A stretch of DNA of 20,000 nucleotides. Origin: Chiloscyllium plagiosum. Taxonomy: Eukaryota. The stretch is from the NCBI RefSeq assembly GCF_004010195.1, contig NC_057718.1, positions 18,099,574 to 18,119,573 of the forward strand, read 5' to 3'. The position numbers and the translations under genes are program-made. Positions 1 to 10,000 of the stretch are shown in pieces. Numbering within the stretch: position 1 is the stretch's first letter; each line of letters begins with the position of its first letter. Below the pieces are notes generated by a model that was given only the letters and a program-made list of their open reading frames with translations, was not told the DNA's origin and made no database searches.

Positions 1-689
1 AGGGGAATGTGATAACGACCAAAATATGAAACCAATTCACTGAGGAATGAGGGATTGACTTAGTACAAGTTAGATATGGGGGAAGAGTTTTGAACAGGTA
101 AGGATTAAAGTAGATTAAAGTAATTAAACCTGTTGGACCATAACCTGGTGTTATGTGACTTTTAACATTGTGAGGTGGGTTTGATGAAGGAATTAAATGG
201 CTTTTTATGCTCAAATATTTTTCTTGGACAACATATCAGTTCAGGGGGTTTGGCCAATTTGCTAAGGTGTGGGAGACAGTATATTAATGACCTGGATACA
301 AAAACCAAGTGTAATCTTGTATGAAATTGTTGGTTATTGAATCATAGGTGAGGTTAGGTTAGCTCTGCAATTGGTCAGAGGACAAACAAAAATGAAAACA
401 CAGATAAATATAAGATATTACATAAAATAGTGTATTATTAGCAAGCATGAGTGGAATGGAGAGGATGGAGAAAGGTCTAGGAGCTAAGGAAGATTTCCAA
501 TACAAATTGTTGTCCAGCAATGAAAAAAAGTAAAGATATGGTCACAAAAGGCCTGACCATTTAAAAGTCTGTCGATCTTTTCTGTGTGTGACTATTTGGT
601 GGCTATAACACAGCATGTTCACTCAGCTACCTGCTAATGAGGGCAAACATGCAGGTCATAGGTTTCTGCTACCTTTTCAAATTCCCCAG

Positions 690-1008
690 TTGCTTTCCTC
701 TCACTATCTGAATTCTGAAATCTCCTCCAGCCCCACAACCTTTTCTCATCTCTGTGCTCTTTCACTTCGTATTTTTTTATTAGCAATCATGCCTTCAGTC
801 ACCTGCTCCCAGTTTATAAAATTTCCTCCCAAAATCTCTTTACATTCCTTTTCTCCTTGAAGACACTCCTTTAAACCTATCTCTTTGATCAAGCTTTTAT
901 CTATCTGACCTAATATGTCCTTCCCTGCCTCAGTATTAAAACATTGTTTCACAATACTCCCATGAAGCACCTTGGGATATTTGTCTACATTAAGGTCGAT
1001 TTACATAC
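690..1008 (+). mobile_element. Degenerate L2-like LINE 3' end
   Basis: 'ctcctttaaacctatctctttgatcaagctttt' and 'ctcccatgaagcaccttgggatatttgtctacattaagg' resemble the 3' end of fish/shark L2-clade LINEs. Recognised by eye; boundaries approximate. Confidence 0.55.
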
Positions 1009-1132
1009 ACTCATTCCATTACTACAGCTCCACCAGTACACAAGGAGCTTGACACCATGGGTAGCGTTGTAGAACAGAGTGACCTAGTAGTTCCGTTACA
1101 TAATTCTTTGAAACTTTCATCACAGGTAGACA

Positions 1133-1347
1133 CACTCACCTATTGTACTCTATGCTACTTTCTCCCCACCCCCACCCTCCTCTAGCTCATCTCTCCATGC
1201 TTCAGGCTCTCTGCCTTTATTCCTGATGAAGGGCTTTTGCCTGAAACGTCAATTTCGCTGCTCCTTGGATGCTGCCTGAACTGCTGTGCTCTTCCAGCAC
1301 CACTAATCCAGAATCTGGTTTCCAGCATCTGCAGTCATTGTTTTTAC
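1133..1347 (+). mobile_element. Penelope-like element 3' terminal fragment inserted in CR1
   Basis: Pyrimidine-rich UTR, then a hammerhead motif, then the tail 'ggatgctgcctgaactgctgtgctcttccagca...ccagcatctgcagtc'. Homologous to the 4950-5372 copy. CR1 sequence resumes at ~1348. A 4-bp CACA duplication is possible (1131-1134 / 1348-1351). Confidence 0.8.
1219..1254 (+). ncRNA. Minimal type I hammerhead ribozyme motif (PLE-associated), core intact
   Basis: CTGATGA (1223-1229), extra A, stem II GGGC-TTTT-GCCT, GAAA (1243-1246), CGTC. Predicted cleavage after C1250. Helix I (ATTC / AATT) is weakened by a mismatch next to the core. Confidence 0.7.
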
Positions 1348-1402
1348 CACAATGGTTAGGAAGGCATTTAGCCTTCATCGCTCAGACCTTTGAGTATAAG
1401 AG

Positions 1403-1488
1403 GCTGACGAAGGGCTTTTGCCCGAAACTTCGATTTTTCTGCTCCTCTGCCTGACCTGCTCTGCTTTTCCAACACCACTCTAATCTTG
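1403..1488 (+). mobile_element. ~86-bp PLE-derived mini-insertion (hammerhead core + tail) with 16-bp TSD
   Basis: Flanked by cctttgagtataagag (1387-1402) and cctttgagtataggag (1489-1504), 15/16 identical. The insert begins at the hammerhead core and ends at 'ccactctaatcttg'. Confidence 0.85.
1404..1435 (+). ncRNA. Minimal hammerhead ribozyme core (5' strand of helix I missing)
   Basis: CTGACGA (1404-1410), A, perfect stem II GGGC-TTTT-GCCC, GAAA (1424-1427), CTTC, GATT. Confidence 0.6.
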
Positions 1489-2094
1489 CCTTTGAGTATA
1501 GGAGTTGGGACAACATGTTGAGGTTGTACAGGATGTTGGTGAGGCCCCTTCTGGAGTATTGTGTCCAGTTCTGGTCGCCCTGCTGTCAGAAGGATATTAT
1601 TAAATTGGAGAGGGTTCAGAAAAGATTTACCAGCATGTTGCTGGGAATGGAGAGTTAGAGATATAAAAATAGACTGGAAAGGCTGGGACTTTTCTTGGTG
1701 GAGTGTAGGAGGTTGAGAGGTGATCTTATGGAAGTTTATAAAATCATGAGGGACATCGATAAGGTGACAACGGTCTTTTGCCTAGGGTGGAGAGTTCAAA
1801 ACAATGGGGCAATTTTTTAATCTGAGAGGAAAAAGATTTTAAAAAGACATGGGGAAACCGTTTTTCACACAGAGTGGTTTGTGTGTGGAATGAATTGCAA
1901 GAGAAAGTGTTGAATGCAGGTTCAGTTACAACATTTAAAAGTCACTTGGATACGTTCCTGAATAACAAAGGTTTAGAGGGATATGGACTAAGCTCAGGCA
2001 AGTGGGATTATTTTAGTTTGGGAACATGGTCTGTATGGACTGGTTGGACCAAAGGGTCTTTTTCCATACAATATGACTCTATGATTCTAAGTTC

Positions 2095-2319
2095 CCCTGC
2101 AATACAGTCACCATCCTGACTTGGAAAGGTATCACTGTTCCTTCAGTGTCAAAATCCTTGAACTCTCTCCCTAACAACATTGTGGGTTTCCCTACACTAC
2201 ATGGACCGCAGGAGTTTAAGAAGGCAGTTCATTATCACCTTTTACAGGGCATCTAAGGATGGGCAATAAATACTGGCTTAGACAATGACACCCAGATCCC
2301 ATAGAGGAATTTAAAAAAA
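2095..2319 (+). mobile_element. LINE 3' end (CR1/L2 group, family uncertain) with A-rich tail
   Basis: 'caccatcctgacttggaaa...ggagtttaagaaggcagttcattatcacctt...ggatgggcaataaatactggc...aaaaaaa' resembles a common shark LINE 3' terminus. 1020-1058 may be an upstream piece of the same element. Confidence 0.5.
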
Positions 2320-2352
2320 TGTAACATCCTTTGGTTGTTGATACTTTCACCA

Positions 2353-2431
2353 ATAGGAACAATTTCTCCTTAACTAGTCTGCCTTGACCCTCCACTCAGG
2401 ATTTTAAACACCTCCATCAAACCTCCTCTTC
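2353..2431 (-). mobile_element. Small degenerate CR1 fragment
   Basis: 'caggattttaaacacctccatcaaacctcctctt' aligns loosely with 'catgattttacaactctctattaggtcacccctc' (~7505) and 'catgattttataaacctg' (10321). Confidence 0.4.
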
Positions 2432-2893
2432 ATGCCCACATCCTGTGAAAAATTAAAAATAAATTATAACATGTGCATCTGGTAACTACCATCTGTGTAG
2501 AAGAGGTGACAAGATTTTTCAATGATAAGGGCTAAATTGGCAAGGTATTTCTGGGCAGCACTGCTTCTGAACAGATGCTACTTCCTGGTCATTCACATCG
2601 TGAACAGAGCTTGCAAAGTTGATGCAGTACTCTGTGTTGTACAATTTTAGAAAAGGTGAGGAAACACTCTGGCTAGTAATTATTTGACTATCTCAAGATG
2701 GCTGCCAACCACATTAAAATGACACCATAGGCCAGCTAAATGCTTGAGGACCAACAAACCGAGTTTGAAATGTGAAATGGAAAATGTGAAATGTAATATT
2801 TGAAACGGACAAAAATGCAGACTGACGGTTCCTGTTATTCCATGTTATAATGAGACAAGGCCTATAACTGGTGACAAATGTGATAACTCTGCA

Positions 2894-3209
2894 GGGCAGC
2901 ACGGTGGCTCAGTGATTAGCGCTGCCACCTCATAGTGGCAGGAGCCTGGGTTCGGTTCCACCCTCAGGAGACCGTGTGGTGTTTGCACGTTCTCCCCATG
3001 TCTGTGTGGGTTTCCCCCCACAGTCCAAAGTTGTGCTGGTTAGGTAGATTGACCTTACTAAGTTGCCCATAGTGTCCAGGAGTGTTTAGGCTAGGCAAAT
3101 TGGCCATGGGAAATGCAGGGTTACAGGTGGTGGTGGGATACTTTTCTGAATGTCAGCATAGATTTGATGGGCTGAATGATCTGCTTCCATTCTGTAGGAA
3201 TTCTATGAT
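2894..3209 (+). mobile_element. tRNA-derived SINE, HE1/V-SINE type, full length
   Basis: Pol III A-box-like TGGCTCAGTGA (2905) and B-box-like GGTTCGGTTCC (2949). Central 'gtgtggtgtttgcacgttctccccatgtctgtgtgggtttcc...cacagtccaaag' V-domain. CR1-like tail ending 'attctatgat'. Homologous to three copies at 13756-14955. Confidence 0.88.
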
Positions 3210-3809
3210 CCTGTTTTGTGATGCTGTCCAAGTCAAATAGCATTCCCACTATTTCTTCCAATTTTACTTTCAGTTTTTGCGCATCTTATTATTGGCGCCA
3301 TCGACCACAAACCAACGTCAATTTTCACTTTCAGCATGTACACCTGTTTCAGTTGGAATCACTGACTGGCAGATGGAATGTTTAAAAATATTCTTGCAAA
3401 CAAAACATACCCCTGCACAGAGAAATTTGAAGAGTACTGCCTTTGGAGCCTCTAGCAATCCAAGTTAAAAATAAATAACATGACAATGGAAGCCACCAGC
3501 CCAACAGTTCACACCCTCCTTCAGATGAAGGAAATTGCCATGCCTACTTAATATGTTCCCTTGCACTATGTAGGGGCATCTTTAATACCACTTTGAGGTG
3601 ACTGAGCAAGCCATTTATTGTAATTCAATAAAGAGACTTAGAAATAATGCCAGTCTTTTCAGAAAAGAATGAGTCAAGATCCCAATTACTCTGGAATTTT
3701 ATCTCTTATTGCAAAATATTATAAGCCAAACAATGATATAAAACTCTGGGCATTTTAATTCTCAGCACTGTAAAGAGGTGAAAAACCCTCAGACTTAATG
3801 TTTCTGTGA

Positions 3810-3829
3810 GAACTGAACTGAACTGAACT
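3810..3829. repeat. (GAACT)4 microsatellite
   Basis: gaactgaactgaactgaact read directly. Confidence 0.85.
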
Positions 3830-4839
3830 TCGATGGTTCCCAGTTGCATTTTAAAATCAATTAATAAGATGTAAATGCAAACAAAAAAGTAAATTAAATT
3901 AATTATTAATTACAAATGTGGTATTCTCATTCCAATATGACGATGTTGAATGGGCTACATTGCATATGCCCTGACACTACAGAAGGCAGATATCCTGCCT
4001 GCAAGGGAAAAGCACTTTGGAAAGCCCCTGATATGCAGAAGTGAAGCAAGAGGGTCGTTTCACAGAGTGCTGTGAGGAATTGATCATGAACAGCAAGCCT
4101 TTGATGCAGAGAATGACAGAGAGAGAGATTAGAGCAAGTCTAGGGTGGAGGAGATTTAAAGGAACACTGCATGGAAACTTGCAGCAGTTTCTGCAGAGGG
4201 ATGTGTATCATTGGATTCGCCACGGTGTGGGCTAAGACAGACGCTGACACCAGGAGGTCATCAGCAAAATGAAGTTAAAAGGCCCTTACTGGAATTTTGG
4301 GCAGCATCGTTCCAGGATGAATGTTATTCCTCTGGATTTGATTCATGCTGGGGACAGTTCTGATGGTACCTGCAACCCTCCAGCACACACCGTAACAACA
4401 TGAACAACAACTTCTGCTCCCATACCAAGCAACCCTTCAGAGAATCAGCATGACATTTAGCAAATCCCCAAAGCCCATATCCCCTCACTTTCAAATCAAG
4501 GTGATTAAACAAACATTGGTGCACTAATTCTTTCAACACTGCAAATTCTGAAATTGCTCATCCAATCCCAAATCCACATTGCCAACCCAAACAGGGAGCA
4601 GAAGGGTTCCCCGCACCAATCCGTGAACAATTCTCTTCCTTCTGCCAGTTTGAGTAGTTCCCCCTAATCGCTCCTGTTCTATTTTCTGCAGAGTAGTCCA
4701 TTTGCTATTCACTCTGTTACTTGTCCCAAGACTCCACATCTTCCGATCTGAGTCGTGAGCCTAATTATGTAGTAACTGTGAAAAAGGTGCAGAGCACAAC
4801 AGTAATTTACAGCTTAATTTAGTTGAAGTACTGTAATAG

Positions 4840-4945
4840 GGTTCATGGCGCAGTAGGGAGCATCCTTACCTTTTGGCCAGGAAATCTGGGTTAAAGTCCT
4901 ACCTCAGGGCCTGATGGTCATGATGACATGACCAAACAGCTCAAT
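4840..4945 (+). mobile_element. Degenerate tRNA-derived SINE head
   Basis: A-box-like TGGCGCAGTAGG (4846-4857) and B-box-like GGTTAAAGTCC (4889-4899) at tRNA-like spacing. Abuts the PLE insertion. Confidence 0.5.
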
Positions 4946-4949
4946 TAGG

Positions 4950-5372
4950 CAAAAGTGAGGACTGCAAGTGCTGGAGATTAGAGTTGAGAGTGAGATGCTG
5001 GAAAAGCACAGCAGGTCAGGCAGCATCCGAGGAGTAGGAGAATCGATGTTTCAGGCAAAAGCCCTTCATCAGAAATGAGGCTGTGAGCCGGGAGGGATGG
5101 TGAGATAAATTGGAGGGTGTGGGGCTGGGGGGAAGGTAGATGAGACTGCAATAGGTGGATGGAAGTGGGGAGAAGGTAATAGGTCGGAGAAGAGGGTGGA
5201 TGGATTGGTGGGAAGGAAGATGGACAGGTCATGAGGGCGGTGCAGAGTTAGAAGGCTGGAAGTGGGATAAGGTGGGAGGAGGGGAAATGAAGAAACTGGT
5301 GAAATCCACATTGATACCGTGTGGTTGGAGGGTCTCAAAGTGGAAGATGAGGCGTTCTTCCTCAAGGCGTTG
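4950..5372 (-). mobile_element. Penelope-like element 3' end: C-terminus of the GIY-YIG endonuclease ORF, 3' UTR, hammerhead and tail
   Basis: The minus strand encodes QRLEEERLIFHFETLQPHGINVDFTSF. This matches the E-x-x-x-I-x-x-x-x-TL-x-P-x-G-(I/L)-N motif that ends PLE GIY-YIG domains. A pyrimidine-rich UTR, the hammerhead motif and the tail shared with other copies follow. Confidence 0.88.
5041..5076 (-). ncRNA. Minimal type I hammerhead ribozyme motif (PLE-associated)
   Basis: Reverse complement reads attt-CTGATGA-A-GGGC-TTTT-GCCT-GAAA-CATC-gatt. Predicted cleavage after the C complementary to G5045. Confidence 0.7.
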
Positions 5373-6029
5373 AGTGGTTATCTGCATATCCTCCCAATAA
5401 CCGATGTCAGATATTAAGAGCAGGCAAATTTCCAGTGCAGCCAGAATGGTGTGGGACACATTAAAAGACTCCAGACGGGGGATCTTGCTGTGGGCGATGG
5501 TTGCTTGGGTTTTAAGAAAAAGACAGAAGTTGATTGGAGTGGTTAAGTGGAAGCCCTTTCCGTCAGTTAGTATAAGCAGACATACCTTGGATACAGGTTT
5601 GTAAGTGAGGAATGTAGACCAGTGAAATCCCTGTGGTGTGCGCGAAAGGTTGAAATTGGTAACATTGGCCAAGAGCTTACTGTTTTAAGGGAAGAAAACG
5701 TTCCTTCTCTCTAATGCCAACAGAAGGTGTAATTGTGAAGTCAGTGATCAGTGAACTATTTCTTGTCCTTTTGTTGATTTATCTTTTGACACACTTTACA
5801 GCAACAGTGAGCTGAGGTGAAGAGAACGCATCAAAGAGAATGATGGAAAGGTACTCTGCTAAATAATGCAGGCTGTTTGAAGTAAGTGTACATTTTCTTC
5901 AAAAGAGATAATATTGCTTGTCCTTTACTTCCTCCATTCTGTTTCTTAACTCTTGCTCTCTTGAAGATTGTGTTGAGTGTTCAACTCAAGTTGGCAATTC
6001 ATCTCCACCTTGTTCGTCAAAACCTACTC

Positions 6030-6300
6030 AAGCAATATGCTGGACAAACTCCAGCTGTGTTTGTTGATACAAGAAAGAATGAATTTTTAAGGTGAAAGAC
6101 CTTTCTACAGAAATGGAAAGTGATAGAATTGAAGCAGGTTTTTAGTAGTAGAGAAAGGTTTTAAGGGGATAGGGTGGTGGAGAGAGCAGTGGTATGTCCA
6201 ATATCACAAAGGATGATGGTACAAGTCAAAAGGGGGTAGTCCTGGGTCAAGTTACAAAACGACAGATGATGCAAATGAGATGCAAATGGTAAAAGTAGCA
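6030..6300 (-). mobile_element. Possible very old PLE terminal fragment
   Basis: Reverse complement of 6083-6112 reads ttCTGTAGAaaggtctttcacctTAAAaat, which looks like an eroded hammerhead. Flanks have the purine-rich/tail layout of the other PLE ends. Confidence 0.3.
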
Positions 6301-6559
6301 AAGAGATCAGAGACAGCTGCCATCATCAGTCTAGATGACTGGTTATTGATCTAACTGGGGAGGACAACAAGGCATTAGTCCGACATGACCCTTTTCCTCA
6401 TTTGCTTAATTGTGCTTCCAGGATGCAGCCTGTTTCAGTTTTTGGCCTGAGGTTTACAAAAACAATTGTAGGTTAGGTTAACTAGCTCAAGACCAGCATA
6501 ACCGGGCTTTCCAAGTTTCTACGTAAGTTTCAAATAGATCTGCAATTTTTATATGTCTC

Positions 6560-6890
6560 AATTTTGAGACTGTCAGCCCTGTTTACAAGCCTCTATCTAT
6601 CCTTGAAACCTCCTCTAATCCTACGGGCCTATGAGATCTCGTGTGTGTATTAATAGCTCAGCATTGGCAGCCAGATACCTGCACCTAAGAATTGGAATTC
6701 CTTCCCTCCACCTCTCTCTCTCTCTCTCTCTCTCTTTCTTTCTCCTGCTTAAGGTGTTCCTTGACAGTACATGCACCGCTTTGACCAAGTTTTTGGTCAT
6801 TTGGCCTGATCTATGGCTTTGTGCATCAACTTTTTTTTAACGATCTCTCTCTTAGTCCCTTTTTAAAATTCTGTTAAAAGTGCTACTTCA
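6560..6890 (+). mobile_element. Degenerate L2-like LINE 3' end
   Basis: 'ggaattccttccct...cttaaggtgttccttgac...ctttgaccaagtttttggtca...gttaaaagtgcta' parallels 820-1000. Confidence 0.45.
6712..6735. repeat. (CT)12 microsatellite
   Basis: Direct reading. Confidence 0.95.
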
Positions 6891-7177
6891 TTGCAAATTA
6901 AGGTTCGGGAAGTATGAGCTCTGCCCCAGCCAGACTTGACTCATACTGAAAATTCCCCACTCGGCTCCAGCTTGTTAGAAAACTGAAAATTATCTTGAAA
7001 GTCAAAAGACAGTTTTGGATAAAACTCGAGGGCATGGAGACTGTTGTGTGAGATTGCAAAATGAGTCGCTAGGCAACTGTAAAAATAAATTTGTGCCCCC
7101 TCACCCTCCTCTTTCAAAAAATCATAATAGGCAAAGATCTATGGAATGCAAATATAAAATAAACTCTCAATTCAAAC

Positions 7178-8045
7178 AGAGTCATTGAGTCATAGAGATG
7201 TACAGCGCAGAAACAGATCCTTGGGTCCAACTCGTCCATGCTGACCAGATATTCTAAATTAATCTAGTTCCATTTGTCCGCGTTTGGCCCATATCCCACT
7301 GAACTCTTCCATCCAGATGCCTTTTAAATGTTATAGTTGTCCAAGCTTCCACCACTTCCTCTGGCAGGTCATTCCATACACACTCTGTGTGAAAAGGCTG
7401 CCCCCAGGTCCCTTTTAAATTCTTCCCCTCTCACCTTAAACCTATGCCCACTAGTTTTGGACTCCCCCACCCTGGGAAAAAGACCTTGGCTATTTACCCT
7501 ATCCATGATTTTACAACTCTCTATTAGGTCACCCCTCAGCCTCCAGGGAAAAAAGCCACAGCCTATTCAGTCTCTCCCTACATTTCAAACCCTCCAACCC
7601 TGGCAACATCTTTGTAATTTTTTTCTGGACCCTTTCAAATTTAAGAACATCTTTCTTGTAGCAGGGAGACCAGAAAAAAACACAGTATTCCAATAGTGGC
7701 CTAATTAATGTCCTGTACAGCCGCAACATGACCTCCCAACTTCTATACTCAATGCACCGACCAATAAGGCAAGCGTAACAAAGGACTTCTTCACTACTCT
7801 GTCTACCTGCCACTCCACCTTCAAGAAACTATGAACCTACATCCCAAGGTCTCTTTGTTCAGCAAGACTCCCCAAGACCTTACCAATAAGTATATATGTT
7901 CTGCCCTGATTTGTCTCTCCTCATAACACCTCACGTTTATCTAAATTAAACTCTGTCTGCCACTCCTTGGCCCACTGGTCCAACCAGTCCTACTGTACTC
8001 TGAAACAACTTTCCTTATTGACCACTACACCACCAATTTTGTGGA
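7178..8045 (-). mobile_element. CR1-clade LINE 3' end
   Basis: ORF 7529-7813 (-) reads [63 protein letters not shown], the classic CR1 ORF2 C-terminus. The tail repeat lies at 7178-7197. Confidence 0.93.
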
Positions 8046-8059
8046 TTCCACTACTAACA

Positions 8060-9082
8060 CGTAATATTCCAGCAATGGCTTAACCAATGTTTGATAAAGT
8101 TCCAGCTTCACCTCCTGGCTCTTAAACTCTACACCTTGACTAATAAAGGCCAGTATTTCTTATCCTTCTTAACTATTTTATCTACCTGTCCCACTACCTT
8201 AAGGGACTAATGGACAGGCACACCAAGGTCCCTCTGATCCTCAGTGCTACCCAGGGTCCTACGGTTAACATCATGAGTGCCCTTGCCCTGTTTGTTCTGC
8301 ATAACAGCATCACCTCACACTTATCCAGATTGAACTCTATTCACCACTGATTAACTCATCTCACCAGCCTGCCTATACCCTTCTTTAATCTAAGGCTATC
8401 CTCCTCACTGAAGACCACCCAACCAATTTTGTTTCATTGCGAACTTACTGATCAACCTTTCTACATTCAAGTCTAAATTATTTATGTATAATTCAAACAA
8501 AAAGGGTCCAATGCTGATTTCTGCAAAACTCAAATAGACACAGGCTTCCAGTCACAAAAACAGCCTTCAACCATCACCCTCTTCCCCATGCAACTTAGCC
8601 AATTCCAGATCCTATTTGCCAAATTTCCTTGGATCTCATGGACTCTTACCTTCACTATCAGTCTCTCATGTGGAACCTCATTAAAAACCTCTTTGAAGTC
8701 TAAGTAGACTGCTTTCGCTCTCATCCGCATACCTGACTATCTCTTAAAATTCAATCAAGTTGGTCAGACGTGACCTTCCCTTAACAAAACTGTGCGGACT
8801 ATACTTGAGGAATCCCTCAGTCCCCAAGCCAAGGTTAATTAAATCCCTCAGAATTGCTTCCAGGACTTTCCCCATCACTGAGATTAGACTGACTGGTCTG
8901 TTGTTTCCTGGTTTATCCCTTCGACTGTTCTTTAATAACGATACAACTTTGGCTGTCTCCAGTCCTTGGGCATCTCTCCTATGACCAGAGAGGAATTGAA
9001 AATTATTGCCAGTGTCCCTGCTGTTTCCTCCCTTGCCTCACTCAATAGCTTGGGATACATTTTATCTGGCTGTGGATCCAGT
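8060..9082 (-). mobile_element. Older CR1 fragment covering the reverse transcriptase domain (pseudogenised)
   Basis: ORF 8530-8730 (-) reads AVYLDFKEVFNEVPHERLIVKVRVHEIQGNLANRIWNWL..GKRVMVEG..CDWKPV, a decayed form of the CR1 RT 'VYLDFxKAFDKVPH' region. Many stops and indels. It overlaps in CR1 coordinates with the adjacent copy, so it is a separate element. Confidence 0.88.
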
Positions 9083-9904
9083 TAATGACAGACAGCTGTA
9101 TTCTCGATGGATGGAAGATCAGGAAAGCCCAGATAAAAATGTTCATTAAAAGGTCTGCAAACTCATGTCTACTGTACACATTCAGTCTCTGCATTTCCAC
9201 TTGCAATTCAATTGAATGGCAGATTCCTTCTGTAGTTGCCATCCAGTGTACTTTGGAAGCTGCGCTGGATATTCAGGAGGGAGGGGCGAGGGGGAGGGGT
9301 CAGGGGAGAACTCACTCACAACAAGCACATCACCCCACCACCCCGTCCCCATCTCCCGAGTTGCTTCAAGCTTCTCAAATTTTCCATGAGACAGGCAGAG
9401 GCACAATCTGATGCCGTCAGCCTCACCTGACAAATTATCAACTTGTTTTGGCTCTTCTCGGCTGCCATCAGTCTTCCCAGCCAAGTTTTCACACTGCGTG
9501 TCAGGTCATGCAAGCTGCAAGAGTTCAGACACAGCACCACAATGCTGGATTGTAGCCATCTCTCAAAACTGCTCAAAGCAATATATTGAGTTCGCACGCA
9601 GGTAACAGAAAACGCAGAAGGGTCAGAATGTCAATGCTTCACGAACTGCTTAACAAGTCACCAGATAGCGGGATTGTTCTTCCTTGCTAAACACTCACTT
9701 CAACAAACATATGAGGAATGAATGCCAAAGTCTGGAATTTATAGTCAGTGATCTTTTGTGAGGCCATTGTATTTGGTACTGACGATGATAATTCAGTCAT
9801 TGTAATACCAGCCTTCAAAGATACATTCTTTCTTTCATAGTGAAATGAACGTGGGTACATGCAGCATCCGGAGAACACATTGTAGTGGTACATAGACTTA
9901 TAGA

Positions 9905-10000
9905 CAAGATTAGAGTGGTGCTGGAAAAGCACAGCAGGTCAGGCAACATCCAAGGACCAGGAAATTTGACGTTTTGGGCAAAAGCCCTTCATCAGGAATG
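9905..10000 (-). mobile_element. ~96-bp PLE-derived mini-insertion (hammerhead + tail)
   Basis: Reverse complement: cattc-CTGATGA-A-GGGC-TTTT-GCCC-AAAA-CGTC-aaatttcc...ccactctaatcttg. The core GAAA is mutated to AAAA, consistent with CpG decay. Same 3' end as 1403-1488. Confidence 0.82.

Larger units (their letters stand above)
1058..2089 (+). mobile_element. 5'-truncated CR1-clade LINE 3' end, interrupted by two PLE-derived insertions
   Basis: Encodes the decayed CR1 ORF2 C-terminus ([21 protein letters not shown] at ~1518-1580; VCVWNEL...FKSHLDTF). Ends in the short-repeat tail 'tatgactctatgattcta'. Clearly homologous to 7178-8045 (-) and 15998-16607 (+). Confidence 0.9.

Noticed and set aside
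279..330. YINDLD-like CR1 RT remnant ('tatattaatgacctggat')
   Set aside because: Too short, and the expected KFADDT motif does not follow, so it cannot be supported as a feature.
2894..2965. tRNA gene
   Set aside because: A/B boxes are present, but there is no convincing cloverleaf and the sequence continues into a SINE body.
4324..4739. Two adjacent minus-strand ORFs as possible exons
   Set aside because: No recognisable protein motif and no convincing splice-site pairing.
5229..5672. 147-aa ORF as a real gene
   Set aside because: Only the last ~48 codons are PLE-derived. The N-terminal part is chance read-through into unrelated flank.
6083..6112. Additional functional hammerhead
   Set aside because: Both core boxes are mutated (CTGTAGA, TAAA). 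Kept only as a low-confidence PLE remnant.
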